Below, piece after piece: positions 1 through 11,647 of a DNA stretch of 64,000 nt. Every line of letters begins with the position of its first letter. The first letter of the stretch is position 1. Position numbers and translations under genes: made by a program. The DNA comes from Emiliania huxleyi CCMP1516 (lineage: Eukaryota), in NCBI RefSeq assembly GCF_000372725.1, contig NW_005201102.1, forward strand, positions 62,001 through 126,000, written 5' to 3'. The notes under the pieces were generated by a model, which was given only the letters and a program-made list of their open reading frames with translations, was not told where the DNA came from and made no database searches.

Positions 1-30
1 CCGCTCGAGCTGCTCCGGTGCGAGAAGCCC

Positions 31-410
<380 letters not shown>

Positions 411-505
411 CACCCACGCGCATGGGGCCTTGCACTGTTAATGACGTGGGGCTCACGCCGCGCCGGCGGTCGCGAAGGCCTCCTCACACACCGCCCTCTC
501 GGCAG

Positions 506-764
506 GTTCGAGGAGCCGCATGACGCGGCCGCCCGCCCGCCGCAGCCCGACGAGGTCGCGGCGATGCCGCCCGCCCTCCGCGGGCTGGTCGAGTACATCT
601 GCCGAGGCGCGGAGCGAGAGCGCGACACGCCGGACGCGGGTGGGTGTCCGCTCACTCGGCGCGGTCGTGATTCCGAACTAGGCGCGGAAACCAAGAGCGA
701 GCCGGCTGCTTCGGTCTGGCCCGACGGGCCATACAGCGCGGACGGGCTCTACTTCTTGTGCTGA
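506..764 (+). CDS. Possible last exon of a gene starting upstream of the window; unknown product
   Basis: Pyrimidine-rich CTCGGCAG acceptor at ~505 followed by GC-rich reading frame ...PPALRGLVEYICRG...PYSADGLYFLC*. Confidence 0.3.
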
Positions 765-2005
765 CGCCCATGTGCCATGACAGCCATCTTTCTCCGCTCG
801 AGAAGTGATGCCCTAGACACCTGAGAAGTGATGGCCTCACGGCGGTATGCGAGATCGTAGTCCCCTGCTAGAGCTCAAAGAGCGACAAAATCACACCGTC
901 TGTGTGCAACCATGTACCATGCCTATGACTGCTATGAAGTTGGTGTTCCGCAAACCTCGATCTACGTAATTCTTCCACTCCAACGCGTCTACCACGCCGG
1001 CTCCTACCCGGATAGGGGGTCTGTTCGTGCCACTGCGGACTCGCGCCAAAACCTGACGGCGTGAGGGGGGGGTCGGGCTCGGGGGAGTAGAGACAGTAGA
1101 GGATGTACAAGAGTGTAGAGCGCTATAGAGCTGAAGAGCGGTGGAGCGCTGTAGAGCTGTAGAGCTCTACATCCGGCGCGGGACAGAGCGATGCAGATGT
1201 AGAGCGATGTAGAGGCGCTCTACAACGTGAAATCTCTACAACAAACTCTCGGCGCCAATCGGTTTTGTCGTCAGCAGAGGGGCTCGCAGTCAGAAGCTCT
1301 GGAGGCTTGTCGGAGACGAGGCTGAGCCCTCGTATCTTGCTCACCAGCGTGTCGCACTCGGAGCGGGCCGGGCTAGTCTCGAGGGCCACTCTATTTGTAA
1401 AATTCCACTCTATTTGTAAGGATGCCATCCTATCCCATACACAGGAAGAAGACTAGGTGCTCGTAACACGGCTCGTAATTGGGCAGGCGCAGCAGCGTAC
1501 TTTTGATTCGTGTTCGTTGTGTGTTTTGTTGCTTTGAATGGGTTCGAAGAGGCTATCGCGTATCTTAAAACCCCATTTTGCTGCGCCGGGTCGTATCCAG
1601 GCTAGTTACAAGGCTAGTTTACCAGTTTCGAGCTCGTAGGTCCTACAAGGTCGGATCTACGAGCTCGAGGGCTTGTAACTAGCCCCGTTACCATGCTCGT
1701 AGTTTTGCTGTGCATACTATGAGTGGGACTACGAGAATCGAATCCCAGTGGCGCAAGCTCGGGCCTGCAACGTGCGCGAGTGCATCCTTTGTTCCGGAAA
1801 GCATAATAATGTGATCTCTTTCGCGGCCAACGCGGTTACTGGGGTCGCGGAGTTCATTGGCGGATCATTCATCCTCCCCGCCGCGCGCAGCACTCAACCT
1901 TCTTCAACGACAGGCGTGGCTGCCTGGTGAGCTTGAGCTGCCCCGAATGGTGCGTTTGCAAGACCTACCCCGCAAACAGCCGAAACCCCTTGGGGGGAGC
2001 GCGCA

Positions 2006-2470
2006 TTGACGAAGCGACCAATGCCGCCTCACCAGCCACTCTTCCTCATCGCCAGCCTGCACGCCGTCGTCATGAGCTCCTTCGCGCTCTGCCTATCTCT
2101 CGCGGACCTGACGGCTGCCTTGGCTCCCCTCTACGGTGCACAGCGCGCAGCCGCTGTGTCATCAGGCTTCGCAAAGGACTGTTTTGAGGGTCTGCAGGCG
2201 CTGATCCTCCTCTTTGCCTTTGGCTACGCGCGCCTGTACTTCGATGGCCCTGAGCGACAGCCTCTTATGCTCTGCTTTGGCGGTGTGGGCAAGGTTGGGG
2301 TCGCGGCCTGGCTCACGCGGGTGCACTGCACGATCCGCGCCTGCGATCCCTCGCCGTTCCCACCGGCACTGCATCTGCTCGGCACTTTACCAGACGCCCT
2401 GCTTGGGCTCTGCTTTCTGAGGGAGTGGCGGCGACTAGGCTACGCGCTCTGTGAGACGAAGAGAATGTGA
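2006..2470 (+). CDS. Hypothetical small integral membrane protein (~4 hydrophobic segments)
   Basis: 154 aa ORF with several hydrophobic helices (LFLIASLHAVVMSSFALCLSL; LQALILLFAFGYA; LMLCFGGVGKVGVAAWL; LLGTLPDALLGLCFL). Confidence 0.5.
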   Translation: MTKRPMPPHQPLFLIASLHAVVMSSFALCLSLADLTAALAPLYGAQRAAAVSSGFAKDCFEGLQALILLFAFGYARLYFDGPERQPLMLCFGGVGKVGVAAWLTRVHCTIRACDPSPFPPALHLLGTLPDALLGLCFLREWRRLGYALCETKRM

Positions 2471-2821
2471 CTAGATCTACCTCTTCGTGTGTAGAGCATG
2501 TGCTTATACCCGCCTGATACGGGGCTGCCTCGTCGCCTCCGAAAAGATATAGGAGCGCGCACACACCACGCACACGCGCTGAACGGTCAGCCACCGCACA
2601 CATAGACAGAGTGTGTGCAGTTGAGAGTGTGCACACGACAACAAGTACACATGCACTCTGGCAGCGGCGCCGGCGGCCCCCGGCGCCGCGCGCATGCGAT
2701 TAACAAGTGCTCTCCCCACCAGCTGCACCACAACACCACCTTGTCAGGAAAACAAAGAAAGCCGTCCGCCTCCGCCTGAATTGCCACTCGCCACACGGCA
2801 GGTGCGCCAACCAGCAACCTC

Positions 2822-4945
2822 TCAGACGGCGTCGCCCCAAGCGGCGACACGAACGAGCCCCTCCTGGCGGAAGGCGCTGATCCACCGTGCGATTGCCTGC
2901 ATCTGGAATCTGCGCACTGCGCGCACCGACTCCGGGTCGTCCTCATGCGAGAACATGAGATCTAGATGGTGGCCGCCTATTCATGGTATGATCGCATGGT
3001 CTCTGGGGTGGACCTCTCTAGGCATGCCTCTCGAGGCCTCTCTAGGCGGGGGGGGGCGGAGCGCCGTCGGGGACCAGAAGGGAGTGGATCTCTGCGTTGG
3101 TCACGTTGGTCGCGATGCCGGCTGAGGCCCAGCCGTCGAAGCCACCCGAGGTGAAGACGATGTTGGAAGCGCCACGGATGAGGGCACGCCCGCCATACTC
3201 TTCCGAGATCCACTTTCCGCGCGGCGGCGCCTTGAGCCCCCACGCGGCGGCGCAGTGCTCATCGACGAGGGACTGATTGTAGGGCTGATGCCAGAACATA
3301 TCGCGGACGCCGTCCGTCGAGAACCAGTACGAGTCGGGCATCGCCTGTGGGAGGGGGGAGGGGGCAGCCGAGACTTCGGTCAGGTGTCAGGTTGAGGTCA
3401 GGGCGGCGCCGAGGCGCATCGCGGCGGGAGCTGCACGTGGCAGCCCCACCTGCGTGCACCACTGCCAATCCCAGATACCGTCCATCGGCTGGCCAGGGTG
3501 GAGCGGCGTCGGGTAGAGAGGCAAGTCGTAGCAGGCCGTCTCGCCACTGACGTTGTACACAACGGAAGCAGCACGTCGCACTGCCGTCAGCAGCGCGGCA
3601 GCATGTTCAAAATCGTCGTCGGTGTCAGAGGCGTCGTCGGCGACGGCATCAACGTTAGACTCGGCGAGCGGCGAGTCCACAAAGTTGTACACGTCGAGTG
3701 GCGCGTCAAAGTCGAGCTGCTGGCAGGCGGCGCCGAGCGGCCACGCGGGCATCGGCTTGGCGGGTGTGCCCGCGATGTAGTCCGATGGCCACGGGTAGTT
3801 TCCCATCGCAAGCCGGTCAAAGGCGTCGCGCACCCAATACTTTAGCATCGAAGCAGCGTCGGCGTCGGCAGGAACGTGGCAGAGGTGGAAGAAATCGGCA
3901 AGGGAGCGGCGGCCACCAGCAGTAGCAGCCGCGGCGGTGATGAGCGGGAAGGAGGCGCGCAAGTTGGCGGAGCATCGCTCGGAGTAGTGCGAGGCGGCTT
4001 CGGTGACAATCCGGTAGTAGGAGCCTATGGGGCATATGCCGTTGGTGGGGTAATGACTGCTGCTTCGGGTGCGATCGGGCTGCGATGGTAGGAGGCCAGA
4101 GTCCCATTCGGGCTCCTCGCCACGAAAGGCGAGCAGTGGCGCGCTGGACGAAATTGCACCTGCAAACGTGACAGAGGCGAGTGGGACATCGGCAGTGAGA
4201 GAGGCGGCGCGCATCTAGGGCTGAGGAGCTAAGTGTCGGGGCAGGGCTCGGCACCAGCGACCGAGGCGGGGTACTTGAGGCGCATCCACGCAGCGAGTTT
4301 GCCGCCATACGAGCCACCAAAGACAAACACCGGCGAGGCATTTGCGTCGAAGTCGGCGCGCAGCTTGGCAATGAGAACCGCATAATCGGCGAGCGCCAGC
4401 TCGTGGGTGAGGTAGGGGTGCCCCCTCCCCTCCCCCGCCTCTGCAGGCACCGACTCGCCATAGAAGCGATGCTCTGCCCAGACCAGCATGGCGCCAAAGG
4501 GGCGCGCGCTTTCCCACATGAGGCCGGTCGCGTTGACGTACTTCTCTACATTCGCCTCATTGCCCACGTAGAAGAAGATTGGCCCGCGTCCCACCTCCCA
4601 ACTGTCGGCGTTGAAGAAGAACCGCTGCCGATAGGTGCGTCCCGATGCTGAGTGCGAGAAATGGTCAAGTGGCTGATCGATCCAGCGAAGGGTGCAGTTG
4701 GCGGTGCTCGGGACCGGGCGACCGACCTCAAGCTCAATCACCGGTGGCACAGCCTGGCTCCGAAGGGCCGGAGCCTCACTGATTGGTCCTGCTCCTGGCA
4801 CGCCATCGCCGTTCAGGTCTGGTGGTCCGATCGCCATAAAGCCGATGAGGGTGAGAGTGAGGGCGAGGACGGCGCCCTTGAGCGCCGTCGAGTCGGGCCG
4901 CCGCGCCGCGTCGGCGGCGAGCACATACTCGTGTCTCCCCGCCAT
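2822..4945 (-). CDS. Serine carboxypeptidase S28 family (lysosomal Pro-X carboxypeptidase/DPP2-like), 4 exons
   Basis: QPLDHF, YRQRF, PIFFYVGNEAN, EHRFYGES, nucleophile GGSYGG, AISSSAP, WDWQWCT, NIVFTSGGFDGW, and final exon GGHHLDLMF...* (stop 2822-2824); introns join in frame. Confidence 0.93.
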
Positions 4946-5030
4946 GAGCAAAAGTCAAGGGCGGATGCTCCGGGCACGTGGACGCGCGGAGACGCGTTTC
5001 GTCGTTATCGAGGGGGGGGGGGGGGGGGTC

Positions 5031-5130
5031 NNNNNNNNNNNNNNNNNNNNNNNNNNNNNNNNNNNNNNNNNNNNNNNNNNNNNNNNNNNNNNNNNNNNNN
5101 NNNNNNNNNNNNNNNNNNNNNNNNNNNNNN
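5031..5130. other. Assembly gap (N run) flanked by poly-G
   Basis: N run. Confidence 0.99.
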
Positions 5131-5515
5131 GGGGGGGGGGGGGGGGGGTCGGGTCGGGGCGGGGGGTCGGGTCGGGGCGGGGACTCTGCTTCTCTGGGCG
5201 ACCGTGCTCCGTGGGCGGTCGCGGGTCGGAGATTTTTACCGGAGAATGATTTAGCGTGCAGCTCTACGAGACTATGTCTGATCTTGTACGTAACGTAAGC
5301 GCGCGATTCTACATCAAATTAGTACCCGCAGGCTCCACACCGATCACCGCTCAGCGCTCTACCGCTCTAGGTCTACGACTGTAGCACTGCTCTGGCACTG
5401 GCTGCCTGCGTCGAAGTTGAGCGTGCAGGTGATGATTAGTTTGGCGCGTCTCACGGCCCAGCCGCCCTGGGGCCCTCTCACGCCACCGGCGCAGCGGACC
5501 GGCCTCGGGCGTCAC

Positions 5516-8500
5516 TCAGCCATCCATCCTCCAGTTGATGAGCTGCGCCGCGCGGAAGGGCACCACCTCCTCGTTGCCGAGGGGGAGGGAGTGGGCCATC
5601 TTCCACGTCTCTCGGCGCAGCGTCACCACCTCGTCGTTGGCGGGCACGCCGTAGAAGGCGGGGCCGTGCAGCGAGCAGAAGGCCTCGAGGTGCTCGAGGG
5701 CACCCGCCTCCTCGAACGCCTACTCTCGCGCAATCTCGCGCAATCTCGCGCAATCTCGGGCACTCTGAGGTAGTCTCTCGGGTGCTCTCGGGCACTCTCG
5801 GGGTACTCTCGGGCACTCTCGGCGGCAACTGGTCCGCGTACACGCCTCCGCATACAGCTCGAGAGCCTACAGGGAAGGTTCCGGGAAGCCTCCGGGACGG
5901 CGGGAGCAAGCGACCACCCCCGCGCCGCAGCTCGAGCGCCGCGTTGGCGTTGAAGATGCCCGCGCATCCGCACCCCGTCTCCTTGCGGCCGATCGCGTGC
6001 GGCGCAGAGTCCGTGCCTAGTCGAGATATGGGGAGATGTGGGGAGATATGGGGAGATGTGGGGAGATCGCGTGCGGCGCAGAGTCGGTGCCGAGGAAGAG
6101 GCGCGGGCACCCTGTCCGCAGGGCGTCGAGCAGCGCTCGCCGGTCCTGTACCGGGGGGTGGGAGGGTGGGTTCGGGTACCGTGGGGTAGGGTAGGGTGGG
6201 TTCGGGTACCGTGGGGTAGGGTAGGGTGGGTTCGGGTACCGTGGGGTAGGGTAGGGTGGGTTCGGGTACCGTGGGGTAGGGTAAGGTGGGTTCGGGTACC
6301 GTGGGGTAGGGGACCGTGGCGTCAATGTGTGGTGCCAGCCGTCTATGGCTTGCACGGGACGCGCCGCTTGTCCGACTAGCTCTCTTTTTGCTTGCGAACG
6401 CCAGTGAGCCCTGCTGGTGGTACCGTGAGTCTGGGGTGGGGGTTGTGAGTGTCGTTGCATGCTCCGGGCTGAAGGGTGGGGGGGGGGGGNNNNNNNNNNN
6501 NNNNNNNNNNNNNNNNNNNNNNNNNNNNNNNNNNNNNNNNNNNNNNNNNNNNNNNNNNNNNNNNNNNNNNNNNNNNNNNNNNNNNNNNNNNNNNNNNNNN
6601 NNNNNNNNNNNNNNNNNNNNNNNNNNNNNNNNNNNNNNNNNNNNNNNNNNNNNNNNNNNNNNNNNNNNNNNNNNNNNNNNNNNNNNNNNNNNNNNNNNNN
6701 NNNNNNNNNNNNNNNNNNNNNNNNNNNNNNNNNNNNNNNNNNNNNNNNNNNNNNNNNNNNNNNNNNNNNNNNNNNNNNNNNNNNNNNNNNNNNNNNNNNN
6801 NNNNNNNNNNNNNNNNNNNNNNNNNNNNNNNNNNNNNNNNNNNNNNNNNNNNNNNNNNNNNNNNNNNNNNNNNNNNNNNNNNNNNNNNNNNNNNNNNNNN
6901 NNNNNNNNNNNNNNNNNNNNNNNNNNNNNNNNNNNNNNNNNNNNNNNNNNNNNNNNNNNNNNNNNNNNNNNNNNNNNNNNNNNNNNNNNNNNNNNNNNNN
7001 NNNNNNNNNNNNNNNNNNNNNNNNNNNNNNNNNNNNNNNNNNNNNNNNNNNNNNNNNNNNNNNNNNNNNNNNNNNNNNNNNNNNNNNNNNNNNNNNNNNN
7101 NNNNNNNNNNNNNNNNNNNNNNNNNNNNNNNNNNNNNNNNNNNNNNNNNNNNNNNNNNNNNNNNNAGCACCTGCGCGCCACCCGGAACTCGCTGCTCGCC
7201 CGCGGGATACGGCCCCGTCTCCACTTACTCCCCATCCTCACGACAGAGGAGGCGAGTCACCTCCGAGACACCTCCGAGACACCTCCGAGACACTTGCCTC
7301 CCCATCCTCGGGGCGGGGGAGGCTGAAACGTCTTGCTCTTCAGTGCGTGCGACGTCTCGGCTGCACGTCCCGCCTCCTCCGTCTTGAGGATGGGGAGGCA
7401 AGTGTCTCGGAGGTGTCTCGGAGGTGTCTCGGAGGTGCCTCGCCTCCTCCGTCTTGAGGATGGGGAGGCAGTAGAGATGGGGCCGTATCCCTCCGGCGAG
7501 CAGCGCATTCCGGTTGGCGAGCAGGTGCTGCGGGGTGATGGTGCCTAGGGGTAGGGGTAGGGGTAAGGGTTAGGGTTAGGGTTAGAGGCGAGCAGGTGCT
7601 GCGGGGTGATGGTGCCTAGGGTTAGGGGTAGGGGTAAGGGTTAGGGTTAGGGTTAGAGGTTGGCGAGCAGGTGCTGCGGGGTGATGGTGCCTAGGGTTAG
7701 GGGTAGGGGTAAGGGTTAGGGTTAGGGTTAGAGGCGAGCAGGTGCTGCGGGGTGATGGTGCCTAGGGTTAGGGGTAGGGGTAAGGGTTAGGGTTAGAGGT
7801 TGGCGAGCAGGTGCTGCGGGGTGATGGTGCCTAGGGTAAGGGGTAGGGGTAAGGGTTAGGGTTAGAGGTTGGCGAGCAGGTGCTGCGGGGTGATGGTGCC
7901 TAGGGTTAGGGGTAGGGGTAAGGGTTAGGGTTAGGGTTAGAGGCTGGCGAGCAGGTGCTGCGGGGTGATGGTGCCTAGGGTAAGGGGTAGGGGTAAGGGT
8001 TAGGGTTAGAGGTTGGCGAGCAGGTGCTGCGGGGTGATGGTGCCTAGGGTTAGGGGTAGGGGTAAGGGTTAGGGTTAGGGTTAGAGGCTGGCGAGCAGGT
8101 GCTGCGGGGTGATGGTGCCTAGGGTTAGGGGTAGAGGGGTAAGGGTTAGGGTTAGGGTTAGAGGCTGGCGAGCAGGTGCTGCGGGGTGATGGTGCCTAGG
8201 GTTAGGGGTAGGGGTAAGGGTTAGGGTTAGGGTTAGGGTTAGGGTAAGGGTTAGGGTTAGGGNNNNNNNNNNNNNNNNNNNNNNNNNNNNNNNNNNNNNN
8301 NNNNNNNNNNNNNNNNNNNNNNNNNNNNNNNNNNNNNNNNNNNNNNNNNNNNNNNNNNNNNNNNNNNNNNNNNNNNNNNNNNNNNNNNNNNNNNNNNNNN
8401 NNNNNNNNNNNNNNNNNNNNNNNNNNNNNNNNNNNNNNNNNNNNNNNNNNNNNNNNNNNNNNNNNNNNNNNNNNNNNNNNNNNNNNNNNNNNNNNNNNNN

Positions 8501-9095
8501 NNNNNNNNNNNNNNNNNNNNNNNNNNNNNNNNNNNNNNNNNNNNNNNNNNNNNNNNNNNNNNNNNNNNNNNNNNNNNNNNNNNNNNNNNNNNNNNNNNNN
8601 NNNNNNNNNNNNNNNNNNNNNNNNNNNNNNNNNNNNNNNNNNNNNNNNNNNNNNNNNNNNNNNNNNNNNNNNNNNCGCGGAGGGCGGGCTCGCCTTGGCG
8701 TAGTCGGTCACGCCCGAGTCCGAGTTGGTCGTCGCGCCGGCCGGGTACAGCTTGAACGCCTTGATGAAGCCGCTTGCCGCCGCCGCCTCGACCGCTGCCA
8801 CCGTGGTCGTGTCGGTGAGGTATAGCGTCATGAGGGGCGTGAAGCTGCCGGGGGCGCCGCCGCTCGCTGCGAGCGCCGCCTCGATCCGCTCGCGGTACTC
8901 GCCCGCCGCCGCCACCGTCGTCACCGGAGGGACGAGGTTCGGCATGATGATGGCCCGGGAAAAGGCTCGCGCCGCTGCTCGGACGGTGTCCCTCAGCACG
9001 TCGGGGCCGTCGCGGAGGTGGTGGTGCCAGTCGTCCGGTCGGCGCATCCGGAGCTCGCGCCTGCTGTTGAAGGGCTCAGGGACGCGATCACACAT
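5516..9095 (-). CDS. pyrC: Dihydroorotase (homodimeric class II, E. coli/plant type), multi-exon, partly in gaps
   Basis: [103 protein letters not shown]; stop at 5516-5518. Confidence 0.93.
6164..6310. repeat. 30-bp intronic tandem repeat (GGGTGGGTTCGGGTACCGTGGGGTAGGGTA) x~5
   Basis: Direct inspection. Confidence 0.9.
6490..7165. other. Assembly gap
   Basis: N run. Confidence 0.99.
7517..8262. repeat. Composite tandem array: 10 units (~69-77 bp) of dihydroorotase exon-start fragment + degenerate TTAGGG repeats
   Basis: GCGAGCAGGTGCTGCGGGGTGATGGTGCCTAGGG occurs 10 times, each followed by GGGTTA/GGGGTA hexamers. Confidence 0.95.
8263..8675. other. Assembly gap
   Basis: N run. Confidence 0.99.
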
Positions 9096-9289
9096 CGTAA
9101 AATGAGAGCGAGGCCCACTACGCCGCCGCCCGAACCCACCGAACAACGGCTGCCTCTGCACCAGCAGCTACCGAGGGCGGGAGCTGGCTCGGCGCGGATT
9201 TTTTTCTTTTTTGCAAGGTAAATTCTTCTTTCTGGGCGGCATACAGCCCAGCCCCTGGCTATGGAGGAGGCGGAGCCTCTCTGCCGACC

Positions 9290-11325
9290 GGCGGCGAGGC
9301 GGAGGCTTCTCCCGCGGAGGAAGCTCGTGGGGCTCCTCCCGCTCCCGCTCCTCCTGGTCGTCGTCGTCGTCGTCGTCGTCGCGCTCCCGCTCCTCCTGGT
9401 CCTCCTCCCCCTCCTCCTCCTCCTCCTCCTCCTCCTCCTCGTCGTCGTCGTCGTCCTGGTGGGGCGGCTCCTCCTCCTCCCGCTCCCGCTCCACCTCGAT
9501 CGACCTCCTCCTCCTCGTCGTCCTGGTCCTCCTCGTCTCGCTCCCGCGCAACCTCCTCCTCCTCCTACTCCTCCTCCGCCTCCCGTTACTCCGGCGCCTC
9601 CACACACACAGCCCCCCCCCCCCTTGTGTGTGAGGTGGGGTGGCCGTGTCGANNNNNNNNNNNNNNNNNNNNNNNNNNNNNNNNNNNNNNNNNNNNNNNN
9701 NNNNNNNNNNNNNNNNNNNNNNNNNNNNNNNNNNNNNNNNNNNNNNNNNNNNNNNNNNNNNNNNNNNNNNNNNNNNNNNNNNNNNNNNNNNNNNNNNNNN
9801 NNNNNNNNNNNNNNNNTGACGCGTCCCTGACACGTCCCTGACCCGTCCCTGACCCGTCCCTGACCCGTCCCCGCAGGCCGCACGCCAGTCTACTCGTACG
9901 GCGTCGCCTCGCCCTACTACTACTCGCCCACCCACTTCTACTACTACGGCGGCATGCCCTTCTACGTCGGCGGGCCGGTGACCAAACACATCTCCCCACA
10001 CCTCCCCACACCTCCCCACACCTCCCCCATATCTCCCCACGTCTCCCCCGGGCCAGTGCCAGCACCGCATCGCTGCATCTCTGCAGCCCAGTCAACACTC
10101 ATCCCCCCCACATCTCACCCATATCTCCCCCACATCTCCCCCATATCTCCCCATATTCTGCCACGCACTCCCCAGCCAGCTGGACGACCCGCCCGCCCCC
10201 TCTTGCTAGTCTGCCACTCTCTCGGCTATCTCCCGAACATCTCCCGAACATCTCTCGCCTGCGTACCTCGGCCAGATCTCGCCCGTGCACACCTCGGCCA
10301 GACACCTCTCCCGCCTCCCCTCGCCCGCAGGTCTATCACTACAACGCCTTCTCGCACGCGATGATGATGGGCATGCCGCTCTCCCTCATCTCGAGGGTTC
10401 GGTACCGTGGGGGTAGGGGAGGGGACGTACGACTGTAGGCATGACGCTCTCCCTCATCTCCCACTCGCACCACCACCACTACTCGCACAACTACGCGTAC
10501 GGCGGCGTCAGCGGTCCGAGCCACGGGCCGGCCGCCGCCGCCGTCCCTCGCTCCGAGACCGTCAAGGTGGATGCGGCCCAGGACCGGTACGACCTCACCC
10601 TCACCTTCAAGGCGCCTGCGGCTCCGAAGGGCGGGCGGCGGGCGCTGCAGCAGGCGAGCTCCGCGTGGCCCCTCCGGCTCGTGGTGTACAACGCCACCCT
10701 CTTCGCAGCAGACGCGAAGACGGCCTCCTTCGACTCCGCCCCCTCCATCTACGTCTCCTTCGCCCCCGCCGCGGCCGAGACGCCGGCCGAGGCCGCCGCG
10801 CGTGGCTCGCCCGGCCCATACACACTCTCAGTGCCGCCGAGTCTGGCCTCGTAGGCGGGCGGCGGACAGACGAGCTGGATCAGCTCCCTCGGGTGGGCGC
10901 TGGTCGGCCTGGCGCTGCTGGCGCGCCTCCCCGCCGCGAGAGGACGCAAGAGATGCGGAGCAGAGATGCAGCCGGAGAGGCAGAGCAAGAGGTGCAGAGC
11001 AGAGATGCAGAGCGGAGATGCAGAGCAAGAGGTGCGGAGCAAGAGGTGCAGCCGGAGATGCAGAGCAAGAGGTGCAGAGCAAGAGGTGCAGAGTCGAGAT
11101 GTGGCTGGGGGGAGGTCGGGGGGGGGGGGGGGGGGGGTCCGCCTTTTCCCCCTTAAAACCCCTTTTCCCCGCGAGAAGGGGTGCTTCTTCCTTTTTGGCG
11201 GCGGCGATATGAGCCCGCGACGCCGGGCAGGCGGCGACCGCGGAGCACCGCGGCGAGGAACACAGCTTGAGGCGAGAGTCGTGACGTCAAAAAACCGTGT
11301 CGACAGCGCTGCCGCGTGTCGCTGA
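9290..11325 (+). CDS. Hypothetical multi-exon Ser/Gly/Tyr/His-rich protein with C-terminal TM helix; start uncertain
   Basis: Exon-like segments GGGFSRGGSSWGSSRSRSS, YSYGVASPYYYSPTHFYYYGGMPFYVG, VYHYNAFSHAMMMG, TLSLISHSHHHHYSHNYAYGG..., WISSLGWALVGLALL, separated by repeat-filled AG-ending introns. Confidence 0.45.
9653..9816. other. Assembly gap
   Basis: N run. Confidence 0.99.
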
Positions 11326-11449
11326 GCCACTTCTTCATCCGGGCGTCCCGAAGCCATCGAGCGAACGGCAAGCCATCTGTGTTCCCATGTGTGTTCCGTT
11401 CGTTCGCAGTGACGACAACCTCACATTGGCTTTCAAATGGACACTGCTG

Positions 11450-11552
11450 GGACTCTACTGGACACACATTCGCACTAGTGTGAACAGACTGTATTGGACA
11501 CACATTCGCACTAGTGGAACAGACTGTATTGGACACACATTCGCACTAGTGA
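11450..11552. repeat. ~35-bp tandem repeat x3 (core TGGACACACATTCGCACTAGTG)
   Basis: Direct inspection. Confidence 0.85.
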
Positions 11553-11647
11553 ACACGATGGGCGACGCGCACTCTAGTAAACAAGCACAATGGACTCTCA
11601 ATGGAGTCATGGGCGCGCGCGAGGCCGTATTGAACACGGTGTGGCCC

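Noticed and set aside
7517..8262. CRISPR-like array or true chromosome end
   Set aside because: The segments between constant blocks are TTAGGG variants rather than unique spacers, the constant block is host exon sequence, and exons of the same gene lie on both sides
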